From Candidatus Binatia bacterium (GTDB lineage Bacteria > Desulfobacterota > Binatia > UBA9968 > JAJDTQ01): a stretch of DNA of 64,000 nt. This document shows positions 1-9,857 of the stretch, in pieces; within the stretch, counting starts at the first letter, position 1, and each line of letters opens with the position of its first letter. A program made the translations under genes and the position numbers. The notes under the pieces were generated by a model. That model was not told the DNA's origin. It was given only the letters and a program-made list of their open reading frames with translations, and searched no databases. Location: NCBI GenBank assembly GCA_963666515.2, contig OY762897.2, positions 1 through 64,000 of the forward strand. The letters run 5' to 3'.

Positions 1-972
1 AGGTGCAAGCGGACAAGCAGTATCACCTTGGGGTGAAGGGGGTGAGCCGATCGTCGTTGGCGCGGGTGAACGAAAAGCAGCCGTATACGTTATACGAGGC
101 GGTGTTCGGCAAGTTGCTGGGCCGCTGTCGGAGTCAGGCGCCGGGACACAAGTTTCGCTTCAAGAACAAGCTGTACTCACTGGATGCGAGCACCATCGAC
201 TTGTGTCCGTCGCTGTTTCCGTGGGCAAAGTTCCGTACCACCAAGGGAGCGGTGAAGGTGCACATGGGATTGGACCACGACGGTTATTTGCCGACCTTCG
301 TCAACATCACCGACGGCAAGACTTCCGACATCCATGGAGCGCGGGCGCTGACCTTGCCCCAGGGCAGCATCCTGGTGGCGGACCGGGGCTACGTGGACTT
401 CAGTTGGCTCAACCACCTGTATTCACAAGGGATTTTCCTGGTCACCCGCCTCAAAAGAGGCGCCTGCTACCGCGTCTGTGAAAGCCGGCCCGTCCGCCCC
501 GAACAGGGCGTGATCTGCGATCAAACCATCGAACTCACTTCCAGCCACTCCAAGTATCCCCGCCCCCTCCGCCGCGTCGGCTACTACGACGCCGCCACCG
601 GCCAGTTCTACGACTTCCTCACCAACCACTTCTCCCTGGCCCCCAAAACCATCGCCGACATCTACAAAGACCGCTGGCAAGTCGAACTCTTCTTCAAGTG
701 GATCAAGCAGCACCTCAAAGTCAAAAGCTTCCTCGGAACCTCCCGCAACGCCGTCCTCACTCAGCTCTGGATCGCCCTCTGTGTCTATCTCCTCATCGCT
801 TACATCAAGTTCCTCAATCGTATCTCCCTCTCCCTCTACCACATCCTCCGCCTCCTCCAACTCAACCTCTTCGACCGCCGCCCGCTCCTTTCCCTCCTCT
901 ACCCGCCGCCCCCGGCTCCCCCGCCACCCCAACTCCCCCTCCCGGGTACCTAAAGTTTGTGGGACAGCAGTG
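1..972 (+). mobile_element. IS4-family insertion sequence (left part outside window)
   Basis: Transposase ORF followed by a terminal-repeat-like end GTTTGTGGGACAGCAGTG (to 972), where the opposite-strand ATPase gene is cut. Confidence 0.8.
3..953 (+). CDS. IS4-family DDE transposase (5' partial)
   Basis: LDASTIDL, VADRGY and YKDRWQVELFFKWIKQHL (YREK-type) motifs. Confidence 0.92.
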   Translation: MQADKQYHLGVKGVSRSSLARVNEKQPYTLYEAVFGKLLGRCRSQAPGHKFRFKNKLYSLDASTIDLCPSLFPWAKFRTTKGAVKVHMGLDHDGYLPTFVNITDGKTSDIHGARALTLPQGSILVADRGYVDFSWLNHLYSQGIFLVTRLKRGACYRVCESRPVRPEQGVICDQTIELTSSHSKYPRPLRRVGYYDAATGQFYDFLTNHFSLAPKTIADIYKDRWQVELFFKWIKQHLKVKSFLGTSRNAVLTQLWIALCVYLLIAYIKFLNRISLSLYHILRLLQLNLFDRRPLLSLLYPPPPAPPPPQLPLPGT

Positions 973-1465
973 TCTCTGGGTAGTCATTTCGAGGTATGTT
1001 GTACATCCAATGTCGAAACGCCGCATCCACGTCAGGTGCATTGTGTCGCTTGATTTCCTCCCGTTTCGATCCAATGACCGAGTTAAGGAATACGCGTAGG
1101 CCCGGTTTACCGTTGTCGGACAGTTGCAAGTGCTTAACGAGTTCTCTATAGACATCGAGCGGACTATCGAGACTCACTCCTTCGCCACACGCGACATAGG
1201 AGACCGCGAATCCTTCTTGCAGAGCCCGCTCGCCAAGAGTCAGCAAGAAGTGGGTTTTGCCACCACCGTAAGATGCCAACACCAGTTTGAAATGCGCGGC
1301 TTCCCGGCAAAGGTCCCGCAGATATCGAGTTGTCAGCCTGTCGATCCAGGGGTTGATTCCAGCCGTATAGCTTGAAAGGATGCGAGAGGCGTTCGTAAGG
1401 TCTGTCGGCGCCTTGCCTTCCTCACCCAACTTGGCCCATAGTTGAGATGCATCATTGTAGTCCAT
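973..1465 (-). pseudogene. BrxD/DUF2791-like P-loop ATPase, N-terminal part truncated by IS4
   Basis: ATG at 1465; FKLVLASYGGGKTHFL Walker A followed by ALQEGFAVSYV; the frame runs into the IS4 end. Confidence 0.7.
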
Positions 1466-1475
1466 CAAAAACCTT

Positions 1476-1777
1476 TCATGCAGTGCCGTGCTCCAAGCCC
1501 TGTGCAACCTCCGTGGCCGCTGCCTTTACGAACTCACGCACACGGCCTTCATGGATGCTGTTGAGATGCTCTGTGGTGAGGTGCGTTAGCGAAACGATAA
1601 GCTGGTTCGCGGCATCAGCAGTCAATCCAGCATCGCGTCCCAATTCAATGATGCGCCCGGCCAGTTCCTCAAAAAACTCGGGCGTGTCTGGTCCAGGCAC
1701 TGTCAACTCGTCGAGCCCCACCCACACTGCACGTGGATTACGTGTTTCACGCAGTTCCGGTACGCTGGTTCGTTCAA
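1476..1777 (-). pseudogene. C-terminal remnant of a second BrxD/DUF2791-like ATPase
   Basis: NPRAVWVGL and GRVREFVKA resemble DUF2791 C-termini; its stop lies 10 bp before the next start; the 5' part is replaced by IS1380. Confidence 0.5.
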
Positions 1778-3326
1778 CTCGATTGTTGCAAAAACCACGG
1801 CTGAATTTAAGAGTCAGGCGCGGGGCGTGAGGGCTGCGAGGGCGTGACGCAGTTCTGCTTCGAGATTCGGATTGGTATTCATCGACAGGATGAGCTTGCC
1901 GGCGGGGCGAATGATACGTCCGGCTCGTTGAATGAGGGTACGGCGCAGGGTTCCGATTTCGCGGAAGCACCACAGGGCGGGGCGCTTGGCTGTGGTGGAA
2001 CGCTCACGGGGGTGGATTCGCATCTGGAGTTCGCGGGTGAGGTTGTGAGCGAGGATGCTGGCGAACATGTACAACTGGTTCCCGACGCGTGTTTTGACGG
2101 GCACGTAGCCCATTTGGCAGTGGGACTTCAACTCGGCGAAGATACCCTCTTGGGATCCCCGTCCTTCGTGGAAGAGCGCCACGTTGCGTGGGCGGATTCT
2201 CTTGTTGGTGACGATGACCTTGAACTCGTACCCATGGGAGACCGGCTTGAAGAGGTCGAGTTGGATTTCCTCCTTGTCCTGGTATCGGACGGGTTTTCTG
2301 ATGAAGACGAAGCGATAGCGGGTGTTCCAGGACTTGGGCTTCCAGCGGGTCTCGAAGTAGCCGAGTCCATTGGCCATGGGCCGCCATCGTTGTCTGCCTT
2401 CGATCATCCCCTTCAGTTCGGCCAAGCGCTCGAAGGGCACCGAGACGGTGAAGGTGACACCCAGGGAGTGAAGCCGGTCGACGATATCCCTGCTGAAGAA
2501 GGCGCTGTCCATGCGCACCTCGATCCTGGCCCGGGGCAGGCTTGCGCGCACGGTGCACACACAGCCCTGGATGAAGGCATCGGCGCCCTTGGAGTCATGG
2601 ACGTTTCCCGGCCGATGGTGCACGTCGAGCACCTGGTCGGTCTGGGCCACGGTGCAAAACAGGGGGTAGTAGCTGCGCGCCCCTTTCTTCTTCTTGTTGA
2701 ACCCCACCGCGGTGCCCTCGGCGTGGCGCCCGGTGCTCAAGACCGAGCCGTCGAAGTCCAGGGTGATAGTCGCGAAACCTTCGGCCACCAGGCGCTCGAT
2801 GACCACCGTTCTCGACTCGGCGCGGACGTTGTCGACGCTGCACGCGTCGGCACTCTTCAGCGAGCGGCTCACGGTAGACACGTCCGGCAAGCGTTTCAGC
2901 CCAAGCAACCGCCGGACCAGTTCATCATCCCGGTAGTACGCCAAGTCTTGCAACTGTCGGTGTCCGATGATGAGATGCACCACCAGCAGCAGCAACACGA
3001 CGTGGTGACCGTAGATCGGATTGGCTTTCAGGTGGCGGAAGCACCGCCCCAGCCGCTCCTTGAGACCCAGGTGGGAAAAGAAGCACTGAAAGAGGATGAG
3101 CCCCGAATACGATGTCAGTTTCTGCGGCTCGAATCGAACCTCCATGCCCAGCGTGGCTTTACCTCGAACCGCGGTTCTGCTAAGTTTCATTTCGTGGTCT
3201 CCGTTTCATCGGGTATTGGGATGATACCAACGATGATTATATCAGTTTCGGAGACCACATCCTTGAGCTCACCTCGTTTTGTTCGAAAAAATGTCGCAAC
3301 AACCCCCCTCGATTTTATCTCACGGG
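1778..3326 (-). mobile_element. IS1380-family insertion sequence (boundaries tentative)
   Basis: Intact transposase; candidate imperfect ends CCCGTGAGATAAAATC and CTCGATTGTTGCAAAA; no target duplication seen. Confidence 0.65.
1814..3190 (-). CDS. IS1380-family transposase (DDE_Tnp_1_4)
   Basis: LTSYSGL, TLDFDGS, YYPLFC, RMDSAFF and HEGRGSQEGIFAELK motifs. Confidence 0.92.
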   Translation of the reverse strand: MKLSRTAVRGKATLGMEVRFEPQKLTSYSGLILFQCFFSHLGLKERLGRCFRHLKANPIYGHHVVLLLLVVHLIIGHRQLQDLAYYRDDELVRRLLGLKRLPDVSTVSRSLKSADACSVDNVRAESRTVVIERLVAEGFATITLDFDGSVLSTGRHAEGTAVGFNKKKKGARSYYPLFCTVAQTDQVLDVHHRPGNVHDSKGADAFIQGCVCTVRASLPRARIEVRMDSAFFSRDIVDRLHSLGVTFTVSVPFERLAELKGMIEGRQRWRPMANGLGYFETRWKPKSWNTRYRFVFIRKPVRYQDKEEIQLDLFKPVSHGYEFKVIVTNKRIRPRNVALFHEGRGSQEGIFAELKSHCQMGYVPVKTRVGNQLYMFASILAHNLTRELQMRIHPRERSTTAKRPALWCFREIGTLRRTLIQRAGRIIRPAGKLILSMNTNPNLEAELRHALAALTPRA

Positions 3327-3415
3327 CGGCTGTGGCTTAGCTTCACAGATGGTGAGCCTGAGCTATTTGCCGTATGACACCGGAGAGCCTTTGTAGGACG
3401 GCCTGAGCGGGCTCT

Positions 3416-3995
3416 TCAAGAGGGCGTTTTGCAACTGACGGGTACACTTGCTGACGCTGGCTGAAGGGGCGACGCGCCGTCAAATGGATTACCGCCGACA
3501 GTCGGTTTCACAATAGCGGGCCTTCCGTGAAGTTCACGGGCGAGCTCTTCGAGTTTCGTCGGATAATCTGAATCCTTGGAGAAGTCGATGTACATTTCTT
3601 CGTCCAAGCCTTTGAGGCAATTGGCGCCCCGGGTTGTCTCGCATGATGGGCAGGAACCTTTTGGTATCGGTTAAGTTGAACAGGTCCGAGGAAATCATCA
3701 TGTCTTCATAGCCGACTCCGCCGGTCCCGCTGTTTGCCTTGTCTACGTAACGCTTCGTGCAGACAAGGATCACTCTACTTGCTGAGGAAATTCCTGTCCT
3801 CATGAACGCCGTAACGTCTTGTCCTGCGGTCAGATCCCATTGGTCGAGAATCGGATCGATTCCTAGGTGGCAGAGGTCTTCTGCGAGATTACGGACCCAA
3901 GTCTTATGTTCTATGGAGTCATGTGAGTACGACACAAAGATCACTGGGGCGCGTCGTTTCACAGTAGTCGTCTCTTCCCTTGGACTATCGACCAT
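3416..3995 (-). pseudogene. SEFIR/TIR-domain protein with a frameshift near 3597
   Basis: IFVSYSHDS, LDQWDL and GGVGYE in ORF 3534-3995; the typical continuation YIDF..LEELARELH..KP.VGGNPF is in another frame (3416-3607). Confidence 0.8.
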
Positions 3996-6900
3996 CGAGT
4001 GAATCCTCGAACATCTTGTTGCGAAAAACAGCCTCGATCGTTTCCGCGGTCCAGTTATCCCCGCGTTGCTTCATGGAGTTCAGGGTGTGGTCTCCGTTGA
4101 CGTAGATTAGATCAAGTGACTCGGGGAACCGTTCTCGGTTGCGAACGAACCATGCATCCAAGGCGGAACAATCCACATTGAGAGTGCGCCAGAGGATAAG
4201 GCACTTCCGCCTCTCTGCGTCCGTGCCGGTGATAGTGGTTATGCTGTCGATCCGACGACGAGTTTCTACACGCAGCCCGATCAGATAGTTGAAAGTCTCA
4301 GGGAGGTCGACTCGCGCCTCACGGCGCTCGCCGTCGCCCAAAACGGACAGCGTGTGGGCGAACGGATCTGCGAAATCACGGTCCTGCAGACCGGCGTTTC
4401 CGGATATCTCTACGCCAAGTGCGTAGCGCAATCGGTAGTCCTCTGCCAGATGGAAGTCTTCTTCCAGCAACCTGGTTTGGTCGTCGGACGGCGGCGTAAG
4501 TTCGAGGCTGTCCAGCGTGTCCTCATAGGATTCGAGGCGTAGGTACTTGAGCAAGTGTGCGATGCCCTCGCGCGAAACAGGCTTGCCACTTCTCCAGTTG
4601 GGCGAGTAGACTACCTTCTTAAGACGAGGTAGCAGTACCTTCTCGAAATGGCTGCCAATCTCGACCAGAATGTACTTACGCCGTTGGCCGTCGTCTCGAT
4701 TCAAGTTGACAACCGCGTGGCCGGTAGTGCCAGAGCCAGCCAGGAAGTCAAGGACGTATTGGTCTCTCGTAGCAATAAAGCCAAGAAGGTTTACGAGCAG
4801 TTCTACTGGCTTCGGATTCTTGAAGACCTCGCGCGAGCCGAAGAGCGATTCCGGGGCGTTCGCACCGACTCTACTGTCGAGTTCGATGAGGCCCTTCAGG
4901 CCGCCGTCGTAGTCGCGCAAGTATTCTTTGATCTGAATGATCTGAGTCTCATCGGTTCCAAAAATGATCTTGTCATTCTCAAGAAGCTTCGTCATGGTTT
5001 CCAATGGAAACCGATAGCCTCGTGCTGGTTCTACACATGGTCTGCCAGTCCTTGGGTGAATGACGTCGTAGCGATAGCCCTCCCTTCCTGGATTGTGAAC
5101 TCTCCTGCCGCCCGTGTAAGGCCCATCCTCGTCAACGCGGTCGTAGTGTGTCAGGGGTGACAATACTTCCCGATTGTCCTTGATGAACTTTCGGAAAAGA
5201 GCCTGAATTTGGGCCAGTTCGTCGTACGAAGCGTGAAGTCGCTCCCATTCCTCCAAAATAAGCGTTTTTGCCTCGTTGGCGGTGCTTTTCCAGACCGGTG
5301 CGGTGGACGCGAGTGCTTTGGCGTACCAGACGAGATACTCGTGTTCGGTCGTAATTCGAGTTGGGTTGTTGTCTGTTGCTCCCTTCCACACCATGTTTGC
5401 GATACGATTGGCTGAACCGAAGCTTTCGTCCATGAGCAAACGAAGAAGGGGTTGCTCTATGTCGTCAATACTCGAGAAAAGGATACCTTCCACCGAGAGC
5501 AATTCGCGGGTGAGGGACAATCTATCCTTTAGCATCGTGACCCAGGATGAGTGCTGATAGCTGTCCCGGTAAGCGAAACCGTCTTCACCGGTGTTGTACG
5601 GTGGGTCGAGGTAGGCACACTGTATTTGTCCCCGATACCGCGCCTCAAGCAGACTAAGCGCCTGAAAGTTCTCCCCGTGCACCAGCAGCCCGTCCAGCTG
5701 TTCGTCCAGGGGGCCGGCCTCGGAAAGCCAGTCCAACAACCGGTCGGTAAAGTTGCCGTCGAAGTGCCGGGTATCCAACATCAAATAGGGGTTGGCCTTG
5801 AGGAAATCTACGCTCGGCGGGTCCGTCCAGGTCGTGCTGCCGTTCGCCAAGTGGCCCGCTATTTCATCCACGGCGTACAGATTGACCCATTCCTCGCACT
5901 GAGCCCGGTTGGCAGCGATTTCGGGGTACAGCGTTTCGGGTACGCGGTCCAGGGTGACGCACCATTGTGTCTCCAGCACGAACTTCTTCTTGAGCCAAAG
6001 CTGTTTCTGGAAGTCCTCCAGTTGCGCCAGAAAGTCGATGATCTTGCCACCCACCTGGCGTGTTGCCCGGACGCGCGCCAGTGCCCGATCCAGCCGGGCC
6101 GTGTCGCCCCGTTCCAGATCGTTCAGGTTCAGGACCTCGGTGTTCAGGTACAGGTCCAGTTCCCGGCGCAGGAAACCGCCAAGGTCCTTGTGGATGAAGT
6201 AGTCGAAGCTGTTCTTGGCCGTGTAGCGGTCCACGTGTTTCGCCAGTAACGTCCGGTCAGGGTTGGCGTCGGTGGGGTCAGGTGCAGCCAGGAGAGGCAG
6301 CCAATCCGGGCCTGCGGTCTTGAGTATTCGGTCGGCGGCAGCCTCGTTGATCCGGCTCTGCTGGGTCCCGCCGTTGCCCGGCCAGGACTTCTTTTCGCCC
6401 TCCGTCAGCGGCCGGTGCTCGAAACGCGCGACGAGTTCGTCGCCCTCGATGGCGACGGCGCCGTTGCCGCCGACGAGCACGAAGCGGCGTTGTCGCCCGT
6501 CAGGTTCCTTGACGTTGTCCTTTCATTGTCGGCTGCCGCAATCTCGAATCGGATGCGCCGCGCCGACTCTCCGACACCCGCTTTGAACGCGTAGCTGGCG
6601 TAGTTCTCGGTCGTTTTGACGTAGTATTGATCGGAGTTCGCCCAGTGCAGCTTCACCTCTTCGCCGTCGTAGGGAATGAGATAGGCTGACCGGCCGCCGC
6701 TGGAATAGCGGCGCTGGGAGATGAAGTCGCCATCGGTGTAGTAGCGGGCGAAGAAGTTGGCGAGGTGGTTGTAGACGTCGGCCTCGGCGTCCACATCCTT
6801 CTTCATCTCGGCGAGTCTTCGGTTCAACTCGACGATCTTGGGCGGAGGATTGGTTTCGGGATCGACCCCCAGCGCTCGAGCCTGTTCGCTGGCCGCCGCC

Positions 6901-7148
6901 AACTCTTTTTCCAGTTCCGCCCGTTCCTCGTCGCCGGTGAGCTTCAGCGCCGTCTTGACTTGTGGCAACAGGTCCTCGTCCAGAAACGTGGAAATCTCTG
7001 CGGCCTTCAGGTTCATGATTCGATACAGGCCGAAGTCCAGGTCGCCACGGTCGAGTTGAAACATCTCCCGTAGCAGGATCTTCAGCCGGTCGAGTTTTTC
7101 TCCCGGTACGGAAGCTGGCGGGTTTTTGGAAGGCGTCGACTCGTTCAT
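3985..7148 (-). pseudogene. mod: Type III R-M Mod-like N6-adenine DNA methyltransferase, frameshifted near 6521
   Basis: DLDFGLYRIMN and YDGEEVKLHWAN in the N-terminal ORF; DYFIHKDLGGFL, YLDPPY and DFLAGSGTTG in the C-terminal ORF; adding one A restores DNEKDNVKEPDGRQRRFVL. Confidence 0.85.
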
Positions 7149-7360
7149 GGGCGGAATTGCAGGTGTCTCGTGTCGTGTGGTCAGTTTGAGATGTCAGGGT
7201 CGGCTTCTCAAACATGTATTGAACTGTAACTAATCTATAACCGTTACCGAAGCGGTTCAAGCTTGTCCCTGAGTAACACGGGCGACTACCACCCATTAGG
7301 ACGGGACGACATCCGTCGCCTTGAGGTCCAAGGGGCAGATGCGGCCCAGGATATGCTGCA

Positions 7361-7412
7361 CAATCTGCAAGTAGTACTTGCAATCTGTAAGTTCTACTGG
7401 TAGCGTGGTGGC
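7361..7412 (+). promoter_or_regulatory. Probable leaderless sigma70 promoter with overlapping palindrome and direct repeat
   Basis: TTGCAA (7378)-17 bp-TAGCGT (7401)-6 bp-ATG, no SD; palindrome TGCAAGTA-G-TACTTGCA at 7366-7382. Confidence 0.5.
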
Positions 7413-8588
7413 ATGATCGAGCGCGAGATCATGCCCCGTTTGACCGCGCTGTTCCGACAGTACCCCTTCGTGACGGTGACCGGGCCGCGGCAGTCGGGCA
7501 AGACGACGCTCTGCCGTGCGGCTTTTCCCGATCTGGCGTATGCCAACCTGGAAGCGCCCGACCAGCGGGATTTCGCCGAATCGGACCCCCGGAGCTTTCT
7601 CGCGCAGTTCGGTGAGGGGGCCATCATTGATGAGGTGCAGCACGTTCCTGCGCTGCTTTCTTATCTTCAGGTTCTTGCAGACGAAAGAGGCCGCAACGGC
7701 CTCTTCGTGCTCACGGGCAGCGAGCAGTTCAGGCTCTCCGATGCCATCAGCCAGTCGCTTGCCGGACGCACGGCGCTGCTCCGCCTGCTGCCGTTTTCCC
7801 TGGCGGAGCGGCAGCGCACGGGCGCGAGCGAGGCCATGGACGACATCATCTACTCGGGGTTCTATCCCCGGATTCTCGACCAGGGGCTTGAGCCGCATCA
7901 AGCGCTCGGCGACTACTTCGAGACCTATGTCGAACGTGACGTGCGGCGTCTGGGTGAGATACGAAACCTGTCGAGTTTCAGGCGTTTCGTGCGCCTGTGT
8001 GCCGGGAGGGTCGGCCAACTGGTGAATCTCAGCTCACTGGGTTCGGATGCGGGCGTTTCCCACACGACGGCGCGGGAATGGCTTACCGTCCTGGAGGCGA
8101 GCTACATCGTCTTCCAGTTGCCGCCGTTTCACGCCAATATCCGAAAGCGCTTGATCAAGTCACCCAAGTTTTACTTTTACGATGTAGGGCTGGCCAGCTA
8201 CCTGATCGGCATCGAGAACAAGGGGCAGGTCGCCGCTCATCCCCTTCGCGGCGCCCTCTTCGAGAACGTGGTCGTTGCCGAGGCGCTCAAGCACCGCTTC
8301 AACAGGGGCCGCCGGTCCAATCTCTCCTTTTTCCGGGATGCAAGGGGGTTGGAGTGCGACATCCTCTACGAGACCGGCCGCGGCATCGGCGCCATCGAGG
8401 TCAAGTCCGGCTCCACGGTTGCCTCCGACTACTGCGACTCGCTCAACCGCATTGCCGATCTGATGTCGAATATCTCCGCCAAGGCCGTCGTGTACGGCGG
8501 AGAAGCCCGTCAGTCCCGAGGCGATTGCGAGATCGTCCCGTTGGGTGACCTCAGCGGCACCCTCGAACGATTCGATGTTCCCCATTGA
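7413..8588 (+). CDS. AAA_14 ATPase with DUF4143 domain
   Basis: GPRQSGKTT, IIDEVQ, LTGS, SLAGR, KSPKFYFYDVGL, ECD and AIEVKS motifs. Confidence 0.9.
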   Translation: MIEREIMPRLTALFRQYPFVTVTGPRQSGKTTLCRAAFPDLAYANLEAPDQRDFAESDPRSFLAQFGEGAIIDEVQHVPALLSYLQVLADERGRNGLFVLTGSEQFRLSDAISQSLAGRTALLRLLPFSLAERQRTGASEAMDDIIYSGFYPRILDQGLEPHQALGDYFETYVERDVRRLGEIRNLSSFRRFVRLCAGRVGQLVNLSSLGSDAGVSHTTAREWLTVLEASYIVFQLPPFHANIRKRLIKSPKFYFYDVGLASYLIGIENKGQVAAHPLRGALFENVVVAEALKHRFNRGRRSNLSFFRDARGLECDILYETGRGIGAIEVKSGSTVASDYCDSLNRIADLMSNISAKAVVYGGEARQSRGDCEIVPLGDLSGTLERFDVPH

Positions 8589-8636
8589 ATGATGCAGCTT
8601 TCGTGGGAAGGAAAGACGGTCGGCCTCCGGTCCGCC

Positions 8637-8666
8637 TTGACACCGGCCGGGCTCCTTCGATATACG
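8637..8666 (+). promoter_or_regulatory. Putative sigma70 promoter of the tctCAB operon
   Basis: TTGACA-18 bp-TATACG upstream of the tctC start. Confidence 0.35.
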
Positions 8667-8708
8667 ACCGGTTTCAACCGTAACACACGAATACTTAAGG
8701 AGGTTTTC

Positions 8709-9743
8709 ATGAAGCCAGCCGTTGGGGCGATCGTTGCAGGAATGCTGTTGTGCGCCGCGGTCACGGCCGTAGCACCGACCGCCCAGGCCGTGGACTTCTC
8801 CGGCAAGACGTTCGTGGTGATGGTGGCGTCGAACCCCGGCGGTGGCACGGACACGACCGCGCGGCTGGTGGCGCGCTACTGGAGCAAGTACCTGCCCGGC
8901 AAGCCGGAGGTCGTGGTCCGCAACCGGCCGCTTCAGACCGCGGCCGCCAACTTCTTCCAGCGCAAGGCGCGTCCCGACGGCCTCACCACCGCGGTGTTCG
9001 CCGGCGGCGGGAGCCTGTCGCCGGTGGCGCGCAAGGCGTCGTCGGTGCGCTACGACCCGTTGAGTTGGGAGTACATCGGCTCCATCGAGCGCGGACCCTC
9101 CGTGCAGTTCGTCCGCAAGAGCGCCCTGGCGCGGCTCAAGGACCCCGGCGCCAAGCCCGTGGCCGTGGGCTCCGCGGGACCGGGCTACCGGCCGTCGGAC
9201 GCCATGGCGGTGTATGGAGCGGAGTACGGCGGCTGGAACATCAAGATGGTTCACGGCTACCCCAGTTCCCGTGATGTCTACCTTGCCTACGAACGGGGCG
9301 AGGTGGACATGTTCGGGTCCGGCACATCGAGGATCATCCGGCGTTTCCTCAAGGGCGACGCGGTGGCGCTGGCGGTGCACGAGAAGAGGGCAGACTTCCC
9401 CGAGGTGCCGACTCTCCAGGAGCTTCTGGGCGACAAGTTGCCCAAGGGCATGGCGCGGAAAGCGTACCGGATCTGGTCCGGCCCGAGCTCCGTGGACAAG
9501 TATTTCGTGCTGCCCGCCAAGACCCCTGCGGCCGTGGTGAAGGTGTTGCGGGTTTCGTTCGACAAGGTGCTGGCCGACCCCGGCTTCCAGAAGGACGCCA
9601 GGAAGATCCTCGGCAAGGGATACCGGCCGTTGACCGGTCCCGAGACCAGGCAGTTGGTCAAGGACTCGCTGGTCATTCCCGCCGAGGTCGCGAGCTTCAA
9701 CGACAAGCTGCGCACGAAGCACGGCCTGCCGATCCAGAAGTAG
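8709..9743 (+). CDS. tctC: Tripartite tricarboxylate transporter substrate-binding protein (TctC/Bug)
   Basis: Signal peptide; PGGGTDTTAR, PDGLT and RGEVD motifs; adjacent to tctA. Confidence 0.85.
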   Translation: MKPAVGAIVAGMLLCAAVTAVAPTAQAVDFSGKTFVVMVASNPGGGTDTTARLVARYWSKYLPGKPEVVVRNRPLQTAAANFFQRKARPDGLTTAVFAGGGSLSPVARKASSVRYDPLSWEYIGSIERGPSVQFVRKSALARLKDPGAKPVAVGSAGPGYRPSDAMAVYGAEYGGWNIKMVHGYPSSRDVYLAYERGEVDMFGSGTSRIIRRFLKGDAVALAVHEKRADFPEVPTLQELLGDKLPKGMARKAYRIWSGPSSVDKYFVLPAKTPAAVVKVLRVSFDKVLADPGFQKDARKILGKGYRPLTGPETRQLVKDSLVIPAEVASFNDKLRTKHGLPIQK

Positions 9744-9857
9744 CGGCCGCGACGCTCGTGGGTCGCCCCCGGCGCGCTCCCACCCCGGACGCGCGCCGGC
9801 GGGACCCTCTCCTGAACCTCTCCCGGTTCGTCTTGCGGACGGCGGACCATCGAAACC

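Noticed and set aside
3416-3995. Thoeris or CBASS system
   Set aside because: No ThsA-like effector or cyclase gene is adjacent.
6515-6530. Phase-variable mod (phasevarion)
   Set aside because: The frameshift lies in a 3-4 nt A run; no long simple-sequence repeat is present.
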